A stretch of 64,000 nucleotides of DNA from a virus: IMG/VR virus record IMGVR_UViG_3300043777_000365, positions 22,754-86,753 of that record, one strand, 5' to 3'. Below the pieces are notes generated by a model. That model did not search any database and had not been told where the DNA came from. It saw only the letters and a program-made list of their open reading frames with translations. Both the position numbers and the translations under genes were made by a program. Shown here piece after piece: positions 15,666 to 25,104 of the stretch (positions are counted from its first letter, which is position 1; each line of letters begins with the position of its first letter).

Positions 15666-15926
15666 TCACTTCCCGTTCTCGGCCTGGATGATCCTCGACA
15701 GCTCCGCGTACGCCTCCAGGAGCTCGACCACCGGCCGGTCGCCCCAGCTGCCGATGGGCTCGCTCGCGTAGTGCGAGAGGTACACTCGCTGGTGCAGCCG
15801 GCGCTCGAGCCTCTCCCCCGGGTCGATGTCGATCCGGGCCTCCCAGCCGTCCCCGTCGACCTCCTCCGCCCAGCGGCGGAGGCCGCCTACCCCACCGTCC
15901 GGTCGTCGAGACAGTTGGCGAAAAAA
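15666..15926 (-). CDS. -1 frameshift extension of the chaperone (GT)
   Basis: The -1 frame from GGATTTTTTC (15929-15920) is open as FFRQLSRR...IIQAENGK to a stop just before the tape measure gene. Confidence 0.7.
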   Translation of the reverse strand, partial: FFRQLSRRPDGGVGGLRRWAEEVDGDGWEARIDIDPGERLERRLHQRVYLSHYASEPIGSWGDRPVVELLEAYAELSRIIQAENGK

Positions 15927-16576
15927 TCCAACCGGTCCTCCTTCGCGAGCACGTGCGTCTTCACGTACCAGCTCTCGATGAGCCTTCGGTAGGCCGCCCC
16001 GATGTCGTTCCAGAACTGGTCCAAGTGCCGCGGCGACTGCTTGTTCACCCACTCGGGCCGCTCCCCGTCGATGACCGCGATCTGCCACTTCGCCAGGACC
16101 CCGACCACCCCGCTCGAGGGCATCCCCTGCGCCTGCTTGTAGGCAAAGCCCTCGAGCTTCACCGTCAGCGGCACGAGCAGGCACTGCCGCTCGCCCAGCG
16201 CCGGCTTGGCCGTGTGCGCGGCGCGCAGCCGGAGGAACGCCACCCGTGTGCCGGGCTCGAGCTCCATGCCCTTCGGCATGTGGAACCAGTCCGGGACCCC
16301 CACGCGCGGGCCCGGGGACGGCGCCTGCGGGCTCCCGCCCCCGCCGAGCGCGGCCAGCGCGGCCTCGGCCTCCGGGTCGGTCTCGTCGTCGCCCAGGGCC
16401 GCCGCCTCGGGCCCCGGCGGGCCGTCCTCGACTTTCATCCCCGCCCCGGCGGCCAGGGAGAGGAGCGTGGCGAGGTCCTGCTTCTGCTTCTCGTTCTTCT
16501 GCATCAGCCCCGGCTGGGCGGGCGACGGCTCGGTCGCCCCCGCGGCCGGAGCGGGTCCGGTGGTGGGTTGGTGCAT
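15887..16576 (-). CDS. Tail assembly chaperone (G)
   Basis: Lies between tube and tape measure; slippery T TTT TTC near the 3' end. Confidence 0.7.
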   Translation of the reverse strand: MHQPTTGPAPAAGATEPSPAQPGLMQKNEKQKQDLATLLSLAAGAGMKVEDGPPGPEAAALGDDETDPEAEAALAALGGGGSPQAPSPGPRVGVPDWFHMPKGMELEPGTRVAFLRLRAAHTAKPALGERQCLLVPLTVKLEGFAYKQAQGMPSSGVVGVLAKWQIAVIDGERPEWVNKQSPRHLDQFWNDIGAAYRRLIESWYVKTHVLAKEDRLDFFANCLDDRTVG

Positions 16577-16649
16577 CGTGCGTGTCCTCCGGGGACGAGC
16601 AGTAGCAGAAGGTCAGAGCTTCCGGCCACGGCGCGGCATGATGAGGACC

Positions 16650-17021
16650 ATGAGCATCTCGTTCTACGCGAGGCTGCAAGGTGACGCGTTCTTCTCCTCC
16701 GCCGCCGAGGAGCGGGGGCCGCGGTACTTCAACCTCTGCAACGCGAACGCGGCGGCGCTCCTCGGCTGGCTGGGCTTCTGCGACGAGAAGGGCGGCGGCC
16801 TCTGGGACCACGACCCGGTCCCCATCCCCGACGTCCGCCGGGCCATCGTGCGGGCCCGCAACACCGACGGGGCGGGGGCGTGGGTCCGCAAGACGGGGTA
16901 CGCCAAGAACCTCACGGCCTACGGCATCGACGAGGAGAGCCTGCGCGGCCACCTCGACCGGCTGGAGGCGTTCCTGCTCGAGGCGGAGTCGAAGGGGGCG
17001 CGGGAGGTTTACTGGGCCTGA
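16650..17021 (+). CDS. Hypothetical protein (counter-oriented cassette)
   Basis: GGCATGAT-N7-ATG; MSISFYARLQG...GAREVYWA. Confidence 0.7.
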   Translation: MSISFYARLQGDAFFSSAAEERGPRYFNLCNANAAALLGWLGFCDEKGGGLWDHDPVPIPDVRRAIVRARNTDGAGAWVRKTGYAKNLTAYGIDEESLRGHLDRLEAFLLEAESKGAREVYWA

Positions 17022-17145
17022 AGGAAGGCCGAGTGAGCCCAGGCGACCACGGGGTTGGGAGGCACGCCGGCCGCGAGCGGAGCCCTCGGGACCGTGAGCA
17101 GTCACCCGCCGCCGCCTGGGCTCGCTCGGCCCCCCTTCCGGGCCG

Positions 17146-17601
17146 CTACAGGTTCCCGATCGAGAACTCGCCGCACTGCCAGTCGAGCTCGATGGTGACG
17201 TAGTCCTTCGCGCTCCCGATATCGAGCGGGAAGTCGCCGAAGTTCAGGTCCGGGAAGGTGATGGTCGGGGCCTGCGGCCCGGTCACCCCTCCCGAGTTGG
17301 GGAAGTTCAGCGTCGTCACGCACGCGAACGTCACCGTCGGGCTCACCCGCCGCGCCCGGTTCTCGAGCGCCTGCAGGTACGGGAGGAAGGACTCGGTGAA
17401 GACCCTCAGCTTGATCTTGCCCTCGCACCCGCCGAAGATCTCGTCGGTGCGGATGGTGGTCTCGCCGAGGTTCCTCCGCTGCAGCTTCTCGAACTTGAAG
17501 ACGGCGTTGAAGGCGTCCACCTCGGTGAGCTGGTCCTCCAGGTTGCCGGACCGGAGGATGGTGACGACCGTCTCCTGGCCCTTTATTGCTAGCTGGCCCA
17601 T
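17146..17601 (-). CDS. Tail tube protein
   Basis: 151 aa beta-rich ORF downstream of the sheath gene. Confidence 0.7.
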   Translation of the reverse strand: MGQLAIKGQETVVTILRSGNLEDQLTEVDAFNAVFKFEKLQRRNLGETTIRTDEIFGGCEGKIKLRVFTESFLPYLQALENRARRVSPTVTFACVTTLNFPNSGGVTGPQAPTITFPDLNFGDFPLDIGSAKDYVTIELDWQCGEFSIGNL

Positions 17602-17681
17602 GGCGACACCCCCATCTCTTGGCCCTTGGCGATAGTCATCTTTCGGCTCCGGTTCGACGGGTATGCAATATAATGGGGGTT

Positions 17682-18440
17682 ATGAAGAAGCTCGATTTGT
17701 CCGGTGAGAAGTTCGGTCAGCTCGTGGTCCTCGGACCCGGTGAGACGTTGCCCAACGGAAAAACGACCTGGCAATGCGGATGCAAGTGCGGCCACATCCG
17801 CGACTTCCGTACGAACGACCTCCGCAGCGGGAAGACCACCTCGTGTGGGTGCGCGAAGGTGGAGCGGATGAGGTCCGTTGGCCTCTCGCGCAAAGGCAAA
17901 CCAAGGCACGACATCGCACTCGACCTTGTCGGGAGAACGTTCGGTCGCCTCGTGGTGCTCGAGCGGGGCCCGAACAACTCGCACAACAAGACGACGTGGA
18001 TCTGCCGTTGCGTCTGCGGCGCGGAGCGCGCTTTTCTCACTGCCCTCTTGGTGAGCGGCAAGACGAGCTCGTGTGGATGTCGCCGAACAGACAGCGCCGT
18101 GCAAATGGGCACCGCGAACCTCCGACATGGTCACGCCAGACACGAAACCATCGTTGTCGACAAACACACTCCCGAGTACGCCGTTTGGAGAGGCATGAAG
18201 GCCCGCTGCTACAACCCAAGAACTTGGAACTTCCGCGACTACGGTGGCCGAGGGATCCGCATCTGCGAGCGGTGGCTGAACTCGTTCGAGAACTTCCTCG
18301 CAGACGTTGGGCCCCGTCCCTCGGCAAGCCACACCATCGATCGGTTCCCCAACAACGATGGGAATTACGAACCGGGGAACGTCCGGTGGGCGACGAAGCG
18401 AGAGCAAGCGAACAATAGGCGACATAGAAGCTCCCGTTAG
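17682..18440 (+). CDS. Free-standing HNH-type endonuclease between sheath and tube
   Basis: Two GxxFGxLVV...WxCxCxCG...SCGC repeats; YGGRGIRICERW...[21 protein letters not shown]; TATAAT-N7-ATG. Confidence 0.9.
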   Translation: MKKLDLSGEKFGQLVVLGPGETLPNGKTTWQCGCKCGHIRDFRTNDLRSGKTTSCGCAKVERMRSVGLSRKGKPRHDIALDLVGRTFGRLVVLERGPNNSHNKTTWICRCVCGAERAFLTALLVSGKTSSCGCRRTDSAVQMGTANLRHGHARHETIVVDKHTPEYAVWRGMKARCYNPRTWNFRDYGGRGIRICERWLNSFENFLADVGPRPSASHTIDRFPNNDGNYEPGNVRWATKREQANNRRHRSSR

Positions 18441-20725
18441 TTCGCCAGGTTGACGTTGACGCTGTCCCCGATTGTGGTATCCAAGACTATATCGTCCATC
18501 GACGGGATGGTCTGCACGAGGATGGTCGCGCGCCACAAGCCCAGCGTGGTCGGGGCCACCCCGCCGGGCGGGGCGAGGTTGGGGGTCTTCGTGTCGAGGT
18601 AGAAGCCGTTGATGCGCTGGGAGTTGCTGTTCGTCGGCGACAGCAGCCCGATGAGGAACTGCTGGATGACGAGCGTCGCGGCGGCCTGCCGGTTGATGGT
18701 CATCAGCTGCTTGACGAACGGCTGGAGCGCGATGGCGAGCGAGTCCTGGATGTAGTCCGCCATGCGGCGGCGGTGGATGGGCGCCTGGCTCGGGTAGCTC
18801 GCGTAGAGCACCGAGGTCACCCCGCTCTGGAACTGCATCACCCCGTTGGTGAACGTCGGGGCCGCGATGCCGTTGGCCTTGAAGTTGATGTAGTCCTGCA
18901 GCGCGAACGGCACGCCGTTGTTCACGGCGGTGCCGGCGCTCGTCACCTCGAAGCCGACGGCCCCGGTCGTGTAGCTCGTGAGCTGCCCCGGGTTCTGCTC
19001 CGGGTTGAGCTGGCTGAGGATGCTCGCCATGAACCCGTCCGAGCCGATGCTCGCCGTGCCGATCGCCTGCCCCGGGATGGAGAAGCCCGTGCCCCCGGCC
19101 GACCCCACCGTCTGGATGGCGCTGATGGTCGTCGTGACCCCGGGGTAGTTGTAGATGATCCGCTCCGTCGTGTACGCGCCGACGCCCGGCTGCAGCGTGG
19201 AGCTCTCGGCCTGGGAGGCGAGGGTGCCGATGGGGGGGCGGATGCACGCCATGCGGCCCACGACGCCCGCGCCGCCACCGCTGCCGACGGTGTTCACGTT
19301 CTGGAGCAGCTGGTTGCGCACGCTGTTCGACTGGCGAGCGCTCCAGAGGATGTTGATGCCCTGGGCGACCTGGTTGGACGACTGCAGCGTCGCGAGGATG
19401 GCCGTCGTGTAGGCGGCGTCGATGGCCGACTCGGAGAGGGCCGCCGTCGTGGGCAGGAGGTTCGTGCACGCGAAGCTGTCGAGCAGGATCGGGTTCGTGA
19501 CCTGGGTGATGGTGCCGGCCGTGGCGACGGTGGAGCCGGAGTTGTCGTCCTGGGCGAAGCGGATGACCACCGGGTAGGGGCCGGCGCCGGACGGGGTCAC
19601 CCCGGTCTGCGTGGCCGAGGTCACGTTGACGTCCTGCATCGTGACGTACACGTTGCCCGACGGCACCTGGACCACCGTGCCCGCGGGGATGGTCCCCGCG
19701 TTGCCGACGGCGGCCGCGTCGGTCACCCCGATGGGGAAGCTGAAGCCGGTGGCCGTGGTCGCCGCGGTGAGCGCGATCGAGTCGGTCGCCGGGGTGGAGC
19801 TGGTCCGGTACATGCGGATCTGCCCGGTTGGGAGCAGCTCCACGTTGGCGGTGGAGACGGCCGCGTGCACGACCGTGTTGAGCTCGGCGGGGGCCACCGC
19901 GCTGATGTTCGAGACGTTGCCCGTGCCGTTGGTGGTCGCCGCGGTGAGCCCGAGGTCGGTCAGGGCGGAGCCGCCCGCGCCGATGATGATCTGGCCGCCG
20001 GTGCCGGCCTGGATGCCCGTGAGCTTGAGCTGGCCGGCCGAGTTGGACGCGAACGTGAACCCGGCGAACGAGTTGATGCGCGAGATGACGTTTGCGATGG
20101 TCGTGTCGCCCGTCTGGAACACGACGGTGAAGGCGACGTTCTGGTCGACGGTGAACGTTGCCGACAGCCCGGCCGTGATGCTGCCGAAGGCCGCGCCGGT
20201 GCCGGTGACGGTCGCCGCCACCCCGGTGAACGTCGCGTTGACCGCGCCGCCGCCGTCGATGGAGATGGCGAGCACCTGGCCGGTGAGCAGCGAGTAGCGG
20301 AACTGCGAGCCGCCGACGAGGTTCGCCTGCCGGGTGAACTGCACCGTGCCGACGCTCGTGTTCACGCGGCAGATGCAGAGCTGCGCGAACGCCTTGCCGT
20401 TGAGCTGCGCCGCCCCGTTGCCGTTCCAGTACTCGGCGAGCACCGCCCCGTCCGCGAAGCGCTGGCGCGCGCAGGGGTTGTTGCCGACCGTGTTCCCGTA
20501 CGTGTAGCCGAACGTGCCGAAGGTGCTCTTCATCTGGGTGAAGGAGGTCACCTGCGTCACCGTGTTGAACGGCCCGTTCTCGAACTCGCCGACGATGCAG
20601 GCGAGCCCCGTGTTGACCCCGATGACCTGCTGCGGGGGCGTGTTGTCGATGATGTCGACGCCCTCGATCTGGGTGAGAACCGTGTTCCCAGGGTCATAGG
20701 TCCAGCGCCTCACAATGTTGGGCAT
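18437..20725 (-). CDS. Contractile tail sheath protein
   Basis: 762 aa; GVNTGLACIVGEFENGPFN N-terminal and IHRRRMADYIQDSL C-terminal sheath motifs. Confidence 0.9.
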   Translation of the reverse strand: MPNIVRRWTYDPGNTVLTQIEGVDIIDNTPPQQVIGVNTGLACIVGEFENGPFNTVTQVTSFTQMKSTFGTFGYTYGNTVGNNPCARQRFADGAVLAEYWNGNGAAQLNGKAFAQLCICRVNTSVGTVQFTRQANLVGGSQFRYSLLTGQVLAISIDGGGAVNATFTGVAATVTGTGAAFGSITAGLSATFTVDQNVAFTVVFQTGDTTIANVISRINSFAGFTFASNSAGQLKLTGIQAGTGGQIIIGAGGSALTDLGLTAATTNGTGNVSNISAVAPAELNTVVHAAVSTANVELLPTGQIRMYRTSSTPATDSIALTAATTATGFSFPIGVTDAAAVGNAGTIPAGTVVQVPSGNVYVTMQDVNVTSATQTGVTPSGAGPYPVVIRFAQDDNSGSTVATAGTITQVTNPILLDSFACTNLLPTTAALSESAIDAAYTTAILATLQSSNQVAQGINILWSARQSNSVRNQLLQNVNTVGSGGGAGVVGRMACIRPPIGTLASQAESSTLQPGVGAYTTERIIYNYPGVTTTISAIQTVGSAGGTGFSIPGQAIGTASIGSDGFMASILSQLNPEQNPGQLTSYTTGAVGFEVTSAGTAVNNGVPFALQDYINFKANGIAAPTFTNGVMQFQSGVTSVLYASYPSQAPIHRRRMADYIQDSLAIALQPFVKQLMTINRQAAATLVIQQFLIGLLSPTNSNSQRINGFYLDTKTPNLAPPGGVAPTTLGLWRATILVQTIPSMDDIVLDTTIGDSVNVNLAN

Positions 20726-20776
20726 CGCGAAAGACTCCTACGGGGCGAGTTCGTCCGGGTGGACGGTTCCGCGGCT

Positions 20777-20834
20777 CCCTGGGGTCCACGCTGGTCTCGA
20801 TCGACCTGTCCGCCGTGGTAGCGGTGTTCGGGGG
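20777..20834 (-). ncRNA. Candidate structured cis-regulatory RNA in the sheath 5' leader
   Basis: 37 of 45 nt identical to the capsid leader motif; pseudoknot-capable; lies downstream of TTGACG-N18-GACTCT (20879-20850). Confidence 0.55.
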
Positions 20835-20890
20835 CTTGGCTTGGGGGAGAGAGTCGCGCGCGGAGGCCGGATCCGTCAAGGAGCCCACCT

Positions 20891-20910
20891 TTGGAAACCC
20901 GGGTTTCCAA
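20891..20910. repeat. 20-bp palindrome copy 5
   Basis: Exact; between the sheath promoter and a divergent gene. Confidence 0.95.
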
Positions 20911-20941
20911 CCCCGCCCCCGAGCGCGGCATGATGCTCCCC

Positions 20942-21406
20942 ATGAGCACCAACGGGATCACCACACGGGACAAGAAGATGCCTCTGGAGGCCTACGTCCT
21001 CGCGCACGCGTGCGGCCGGCTCGTCGTCGGGGCGGCGTGGCAGGAGGATGAATGGCAGCCCATCCCGCCGACCATCGACCTGACCGGGCCGCACCTGCAC
21101 CGGGCGCCCCTCGTGCTCTTCCCCGCCTACGACCTGCGGGTGGACCTCGTGCGCAACGGCCCCGGCATCGCCCAGAACTTCCAGGTGCTGCCGCTCTTCA
21201 ACCTGCTCAACCCGGGGTCGGTCCGGGTCCTCCCCGACGACTGGCGCATGTCGATCATGCACTGCACCGGCGAGGAGCGGCGCGTGCTCGCCGCCCAGCT
21301 CGAGAACGTGCAGGTCCTCGTCGCCGACATGCGCGCGTCGCACGAGCGGGCCACCGCCGAAGGCGGCGGCGGCGGGGCCCCCCGCATCATCGTCCCGGGC
21401 CGCTAG
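20942..21406 (+). CDS. Hypothetical protein (counter-oriented cassette)
   Basis: GGCATGAT-N7-ATG just after a palindrome. Confidence 0.65.
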   Translation: MSTNGITTRDKKMPLEAYVLAHACGRLVVGAAWQEDEWQPIPPTIDLTGPHLHRAPLVLFPAYDLRVDLVRNGPGIAQNFQVLPLFNLLNPGSVRVLPDDWRMSIMHCTGEERRVLAAQLENVQVLVADMRASHERATAEGGGGGAPRIIVPGR

Positions 21407-22281
21407 ACCGCCTCGTCCTCGGCGGTGGAGGCGCTCGCGTAGGCGGGGGTCTCCACGTCGACGGTGACGTTCGGCGTCATGAGCGCGTACGCGACGAGCC
21501 GCACGACGTTGAAGTCGAGGCGGACCTTGTGCACGGCCGAGCGCCGGTTGCGGATGGCTCCGTCGTCGCGCTCCCACTCCGACCCGGTCAGCGTGAAGCG
21601 CGCCGTCTCCCCGTAGTAGTCGGGCATCACCAGGAGGGTGCCGCCGACCCCGTCGGCCGGGACGAGCATCTGCTCCACCATGCTCATCAGCCCGCGCAGG
21701 AGGCCGAGCTGCGACGCGTAGACGTGGAGGGTGACCTCCTCCGAGTGCGTCCACATCGGCACGACCACCGTGCCCGCGCCGTACACGTCGACGGTCGTGG
21801 CGTCCGGGTTGGGGGTGAAGCCGTGCGGCGTCTTCTCCACCGGCCCACCCGCGCACGTGATGGACGGGTAGACCATGTCGGTCTCGGGGTCGGGGTCGTC
21901 GACGTAGAAGTTGCCCGGGGGCAGCAGCCCGGAGGCGGCCGGGGGCAGCCCCGGCTGGGCGGACGGGTCCACCTTGTTGCCCCGCCGCCGGTAGGGGACC
22001 TCGGTCAGGTACCGCCCGAGCGCCTGCAGGGCGCACGTGCGCCCGTCCACCGGGGCGCTGCCGGGGTCGGCGATGAGCGGGAGCACGTTGCCGAGCAGCG
22101 TCCCGGAGGAGGTCTGGAACTGGTACTGGGCCCCCTGCGCGAGGATCTGCGAGTGGCCGGTGGGGACGGTGGCCGGCACGAGCGGCTGCGGGGGCATGCG
22201 CGCGGGGGGCCGCGGCGGCTGCGCGGCCGAGTCGTAGGGCCAGCGCGGGTCGCGCCTCGGCGGGTTGTAGGTCGGGCGCAC
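21403..22281 (-). CDS. Tail completion/terminator-like protein
   Basis: TAAGCT-N7-GTG start; lies upstream of the sheath gene; YPSITC motif. Confidence 0.6.
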   Translation of the reverse strand: MRPTYNPPRRDPRWPYDSAAQPPRPPARMPPQPLVPATVPTGHSQILAQGAQYQFQTSSGTLLGNVLPLIADPGSAPVDGRTCALQALGRYLTEVPYRRRGNKVDPSAQPGLPPAASGLLPPGNFYVDDPDPETDMVYPSITCAGGPVEKTPHGFTPNPDATTVDVYGAGTVVVPMWTHSEEVTLHVYASQLGLLRGLMSMVEQMLVPADGVGGTLLVMPDYYGETARFTLTGSEWERDDGAIRNRRSAVHKVRLDFNVVRLVAYALMTPNVTVDVETPAYASASTAEDEAV

Positions 22282-22296
22282 GCAGCAGAGCTTACC

Positions 22297-22316
22297 TTGG
22301 AAACCCGGGTTTCCAA
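22297..22316. repeat. 20-bp palindrome copy 6
   Basis: Exact; between divergent promoters. Confidence 0.95.
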
Positions 22317-22334
22317 GACGGCATGATGGGACCC

Positions 22335-22715
22335 ATGCCGAAGAACCCACCGGATGACATCTTGGGCGAGGTGATGTCGGGGGCTTGCCTCGCGACGTAC
22401 GAAGGGTTCGTCCGGTGGGACGCTGCGCTCGACGACCGGGCCGTCCACCACTGCGGCCACTGCATGGGGCACTTCGTGTACGTGCCGAAGGGAGCACCCC
22501 GCCGGATGAGCGACGCGTCCAACGTCGAGGGCTTGCGCATCCACGACCTCGGCGACGAGTGCTTCGTCGTGACCAGGCGGCACCGGATGGTCCACTTCTC
22601 CCTCACCGACGAGCTGCTCGGCCGCAGGTCCCCGGTCTTCGAGGATTCGGACATCGTCTCCGTGACCACGACGCTGGCTGCGGCCGAGGCCGCGCTCAGG
22701 CTCGCGTCCCTCTAG
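22335..22715 (+). CDS. Hypothetical protein (counter-oriented cassette)
   Basis: GGCATGAT-N7-ATG after a palindrome; CGHC motif. Confidence 0.6.
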   Translation: MPKNPPDDILGEVMSGACLATYEGFVRWDAALDDRAVHHCGHCMGHFVYVPKGAPRRMSDASNVEGLRIHDLGDECFVVTRRHRMVHFSLTDELLGRRSPVFEDSDIVSVTTTLAAAEAALRLASL

Positions 22716-22736
22716 CGCACCTTCTTGAGCTCCCGC

Positions 22737-23354
22737 TCAGAGCGAGAGTCGGAGCTGCGCGTGCCTCTCGATGTACTCGGCGAGGGCCCGAAGCTTGCTC
22801 GGGCTGCCTTTCATGTGGCCCTCGGCGAGATTGCAATGCGTGCACAAGAATCCACGGACCTGCCTGGTTACGTGATCATGGTCGAGGTGAGTACCCCTCC
22901 CAGGCTTCAGCTTGTCTCTACAAGCCGCGCATCGTCCCTTCTGTTTTTCCAAGAGCCTCGCTTGGTCCTCCTTGGATATCCCGTACACGATCTTCCGCTT
23001 GGTGGCGGCTTGGCGCTCCGTGTGTCCAGGGCGAGCTCGGTGGGCAGTCGCTGCACGTTGGGCGCAATCCAAACAGTTGCCCAACCACGTAGTCCCCTTT
23101 TTAGGCTGCCCTCTTCGCAGCGATCCGCACTTCGAGCATGACCTGAGAACACCTGGCGGAGGTCGAGGCTTCATCCCTTTTTCCCTCCGCTCTTGCTCCC
23201 GTTCCGCTCGGACCTTCACGGCGTTGGCCGGCACCTTGTACCAAGCTCGGCTCCAAGCCTTCCGGTACTCGCGGATGCAAGGTGAACAATGTCCTTGCGA
23301 GTCGCGCTCACTTCCACCGCACTTGCCGCACGGATGTCGTCTACGATCACTCAT
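22737..23354 (-). CDS. Recombination endonuclease VII-family (HNH-like) endonuclease
   Basis: YGIS...QKGRCAAC...HLDHDHVTRQVRGFLCTHCNLAEG. Confidence 0.9.
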   Translation of the reverse strand: MSDRRRHPCGKCGGSERDSQGHCSPCIREYRKAWSRAWYKVPANAVKVRAEREQERREKGMKPRPPPGVLRSCSKCGSLRRGQPKKGTTWLGNCLDCAQRAATAHRARPGHTERQAATKRKIVYGISKEDQARLLEKQKGRCAACRDKLKPGRGTHLDHDHVTRQVRGFLCTHCNLAEGHMKGSPSKLRALAEYIERHAQLRLSL

Positions 23355-23420
23355 CGTCGCCTCTCATCCAGGTGATGGTCGGGCCCGGAGCGTTAGTAGC
23401 GCTGCCGGGCTCACTTCATT

Positions 23421-23972
23421 TTACTTCACCTTCGCCAACTCCCGCTCTACTTCCTCTTTGATGAACGTGGGCACCCTCTTTTCCGCCTTCTCCAAAATGC
23501 GAAGACCGGTACCTCCGAAGATGCCCTTGGCCTGCATGCTCTTGGCGATAGCCCAGGCTATGGACGTTGCCTCGGCCTTGCTGGCCTTCACTTGTCGAAC
23601 TCTCCCACTCGCGCTGGTAACGGTTCTCCCGCCCAAGCCTTTCCGTTGGACCCACTCTGTGAGCGCAGCGATGAGCTTACGACCGATCTTCACATGACCA
23701 GGCCGGACTCCTAAATCCACAAACGGTGCGTGCGGCGACGAGTTTTGGACGATGACCTCACCCTCGCTCTTCACCGGCTGCACGCGCCAGCCAGCTCGGT
23801 AGGCCCCCTTGTCGACGGGCATCCGCGAGCCGAAGGACGGGATGACGTCGGCGACGATGTGCTCGACGGTCTTGTGGCCGGCCGCGACGAGGCCCCGGAA
23901 CGCCGCCTCGCGGAGCCCGCCCTTGATGTCCTCGAGCATCACCCCGGCGTCCTTGAGCGAGTAACTCTTCAC
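23421..23972 (-). CDS. Neck protein, HK97 gp10-like
   Basis: MPVDKGAYRAGW...NSSPHAPFVDLG matches the PVDTG.L..S...N...YA.FVE.G family pattern. Confidence 0.7.
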   Translation of the reverse strand: MKSYSLKDAGVMLEDIKGGLREAAFRGLVAAGHKTVEHIVADVIPSFGSRMPVDKGAYRAGWRVQPVKSEGEVIVQNSSPHAPFVDLGVRPGHVKIGRKLIAALTEWVQRKGLGGRTVTSASGRVRQVKASKAEATSIAWAIAKSMQAKGIFGGTGLRILEKAEKRVPTFIKEEVERELAKVK

Positions 23973-23989
23973 CGAGGCATCATAAGGGC

Positions 23990-24508
23990 ATGCCCAACAA
24001 CGTCGAGCACCCGTACCGACCCGAGCCCGTCGTCCAGCTCAGCTATCCCGGCCGAGCCCAGCTCGGGCTCATGGCCGCGGCGATCCTCGTGCTCGTCGGT
24101 TGGTGCGCGCTCGAGATGAACAAGGTCGGGCGACTCGAGCACCGGCTGGACGAGATGGCCGCGGCGCAAGCGGCGTGGCTGGCCAACTTCCCGCCGACGT
24201 CGTCCCACCCCTTGGCGATGACCGACGGCCTGGGGGTCCTGCACCTCGAAGAGGCCGCGGCGTTCAACAAGGAGGCCCACCCGACGAGCGGGGTCATCCT
24301 CTGGGTCACCGACGACGGAGACTACGAGACGCTGCACCTCCGGGGCCCGGGCAACGGCGGCGACATCTTGTTCACGCTCGCCAAGGGTGGGGTGCGGTCG
24401 GCTTCGCCGACCGACCTCGTCATGGGACCACCGTTCATCCCGGGGCAGGCCCTCAACCTTTCCTTCCAAACTCAGGGTGGGGCTCAGCCCTCGTCGCCCA
24501 GCCCGTAG
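23990..24508 (+). CDS. Hypothetical membrane-anchored protein
   Basis: GGCATCAT-N6-ATG; N-terminal hydrophobic helix. Confidence 0.6.
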   Translation: MPNNVEHPYRPEPVVQLSYPGRAQLGLMAAAILVLVGWCALEMNKVGRLEHRLDEMAAAQAAWLANFPPTSSHPLAMTDGLGVLHLEEAAAFNKEAHPTSGVILWVTDDGDYETLHLRGPGNGGDILFTLAKGGVRSASPTDLVMGPPFIPGQALNLSFQTQGGAQPSSPSP

Positions 24509-25104
24509 GCGCTCGACCCGTCGCGCGCGGGGTCCTCCGAGATCCTCTCGAGCACCAGCCTCCACTGCACGCTGGTCTCGTCGAGCGCGGGCTGGGCCGC
24601 GAGCCGGTACTTCTGCCGCAGCGGCAGCCCCTCGTGGCGGCCGTCCTCGACGATCTCGTAGAAGAAGCTCACCGGCTGCGGGACGCGGTCGGCCGGGTGC
24701 GGCCCGCACGGGAGCAGCTGGACCGTCGGGCTCGACGCGTTCACCTCCTCGAACACCCCGGCCTTGACGCTGTAGAGCCCCGTGAGCTGGCTCTCGGTGA
24801 GGGTGGCGCTCACCTCCTCGAGCCTCACCGACCCCGTCGCCAGGTAGCCGGCCCCTCCCGCCTGGAACCCGACGGAGTCGAGCCCGACGACCTTGGGCGT
24901 GGGCAGGAGCTCGAACCGGTCCACCTCGTACGGGGTCCCGTCCCCGCGCTCGTTGCCGCCCCACCGCACCCACACGAGGAACACCCGGCGCGAGCGGGCC
25001 CCGAGCCGCACGGCCATCTGGCGGATGCGGTCGACGGGGCGGGCGAGCCGGTTGGCCAGGCTCCGGGTCGCCGCGCGCGGGGTGAGCGGCTTGGGCTCGG
25101 ACAT
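24484..25104 (-). CDS. Head closure/neck-like protein
   Basis: 206 aa ORF upstream of the gp10-like gene; call rests on position. Confidence 0.5.
   Translation of the reverse strand: MSEPKPLTPRAATRSLANRLARPVDRIRQMAVRLGARSRRVFLVWVRWGGNERGDGTPYEVDRFELLPTPKVVGLDSVGFQAGGAGYLATGSVRLEEVSATLTESQLTGLYSVKAGVFEEVNASSPTVQLLPCGPHPADRVPQPVSFFYEIVEDGRHEGLPLRQKYRLAAQPALDETSVQWRLVLERISEDPARDGSSAYGLGDEG

Noticed and set aside
20694-20888. 64-aa ORF upstream of the sheath gene
   Set aside because: It overlaps the promoter and the conserved RNA motif and shows no protein-like signal, so it is better explained as 5' UTR.
22725-23141. Antisense ORF over Endo VII as a second intein-type overlap
   Set aside because: It has no Hint motifs and is not fused to a host gene, so it is a shadow frame.
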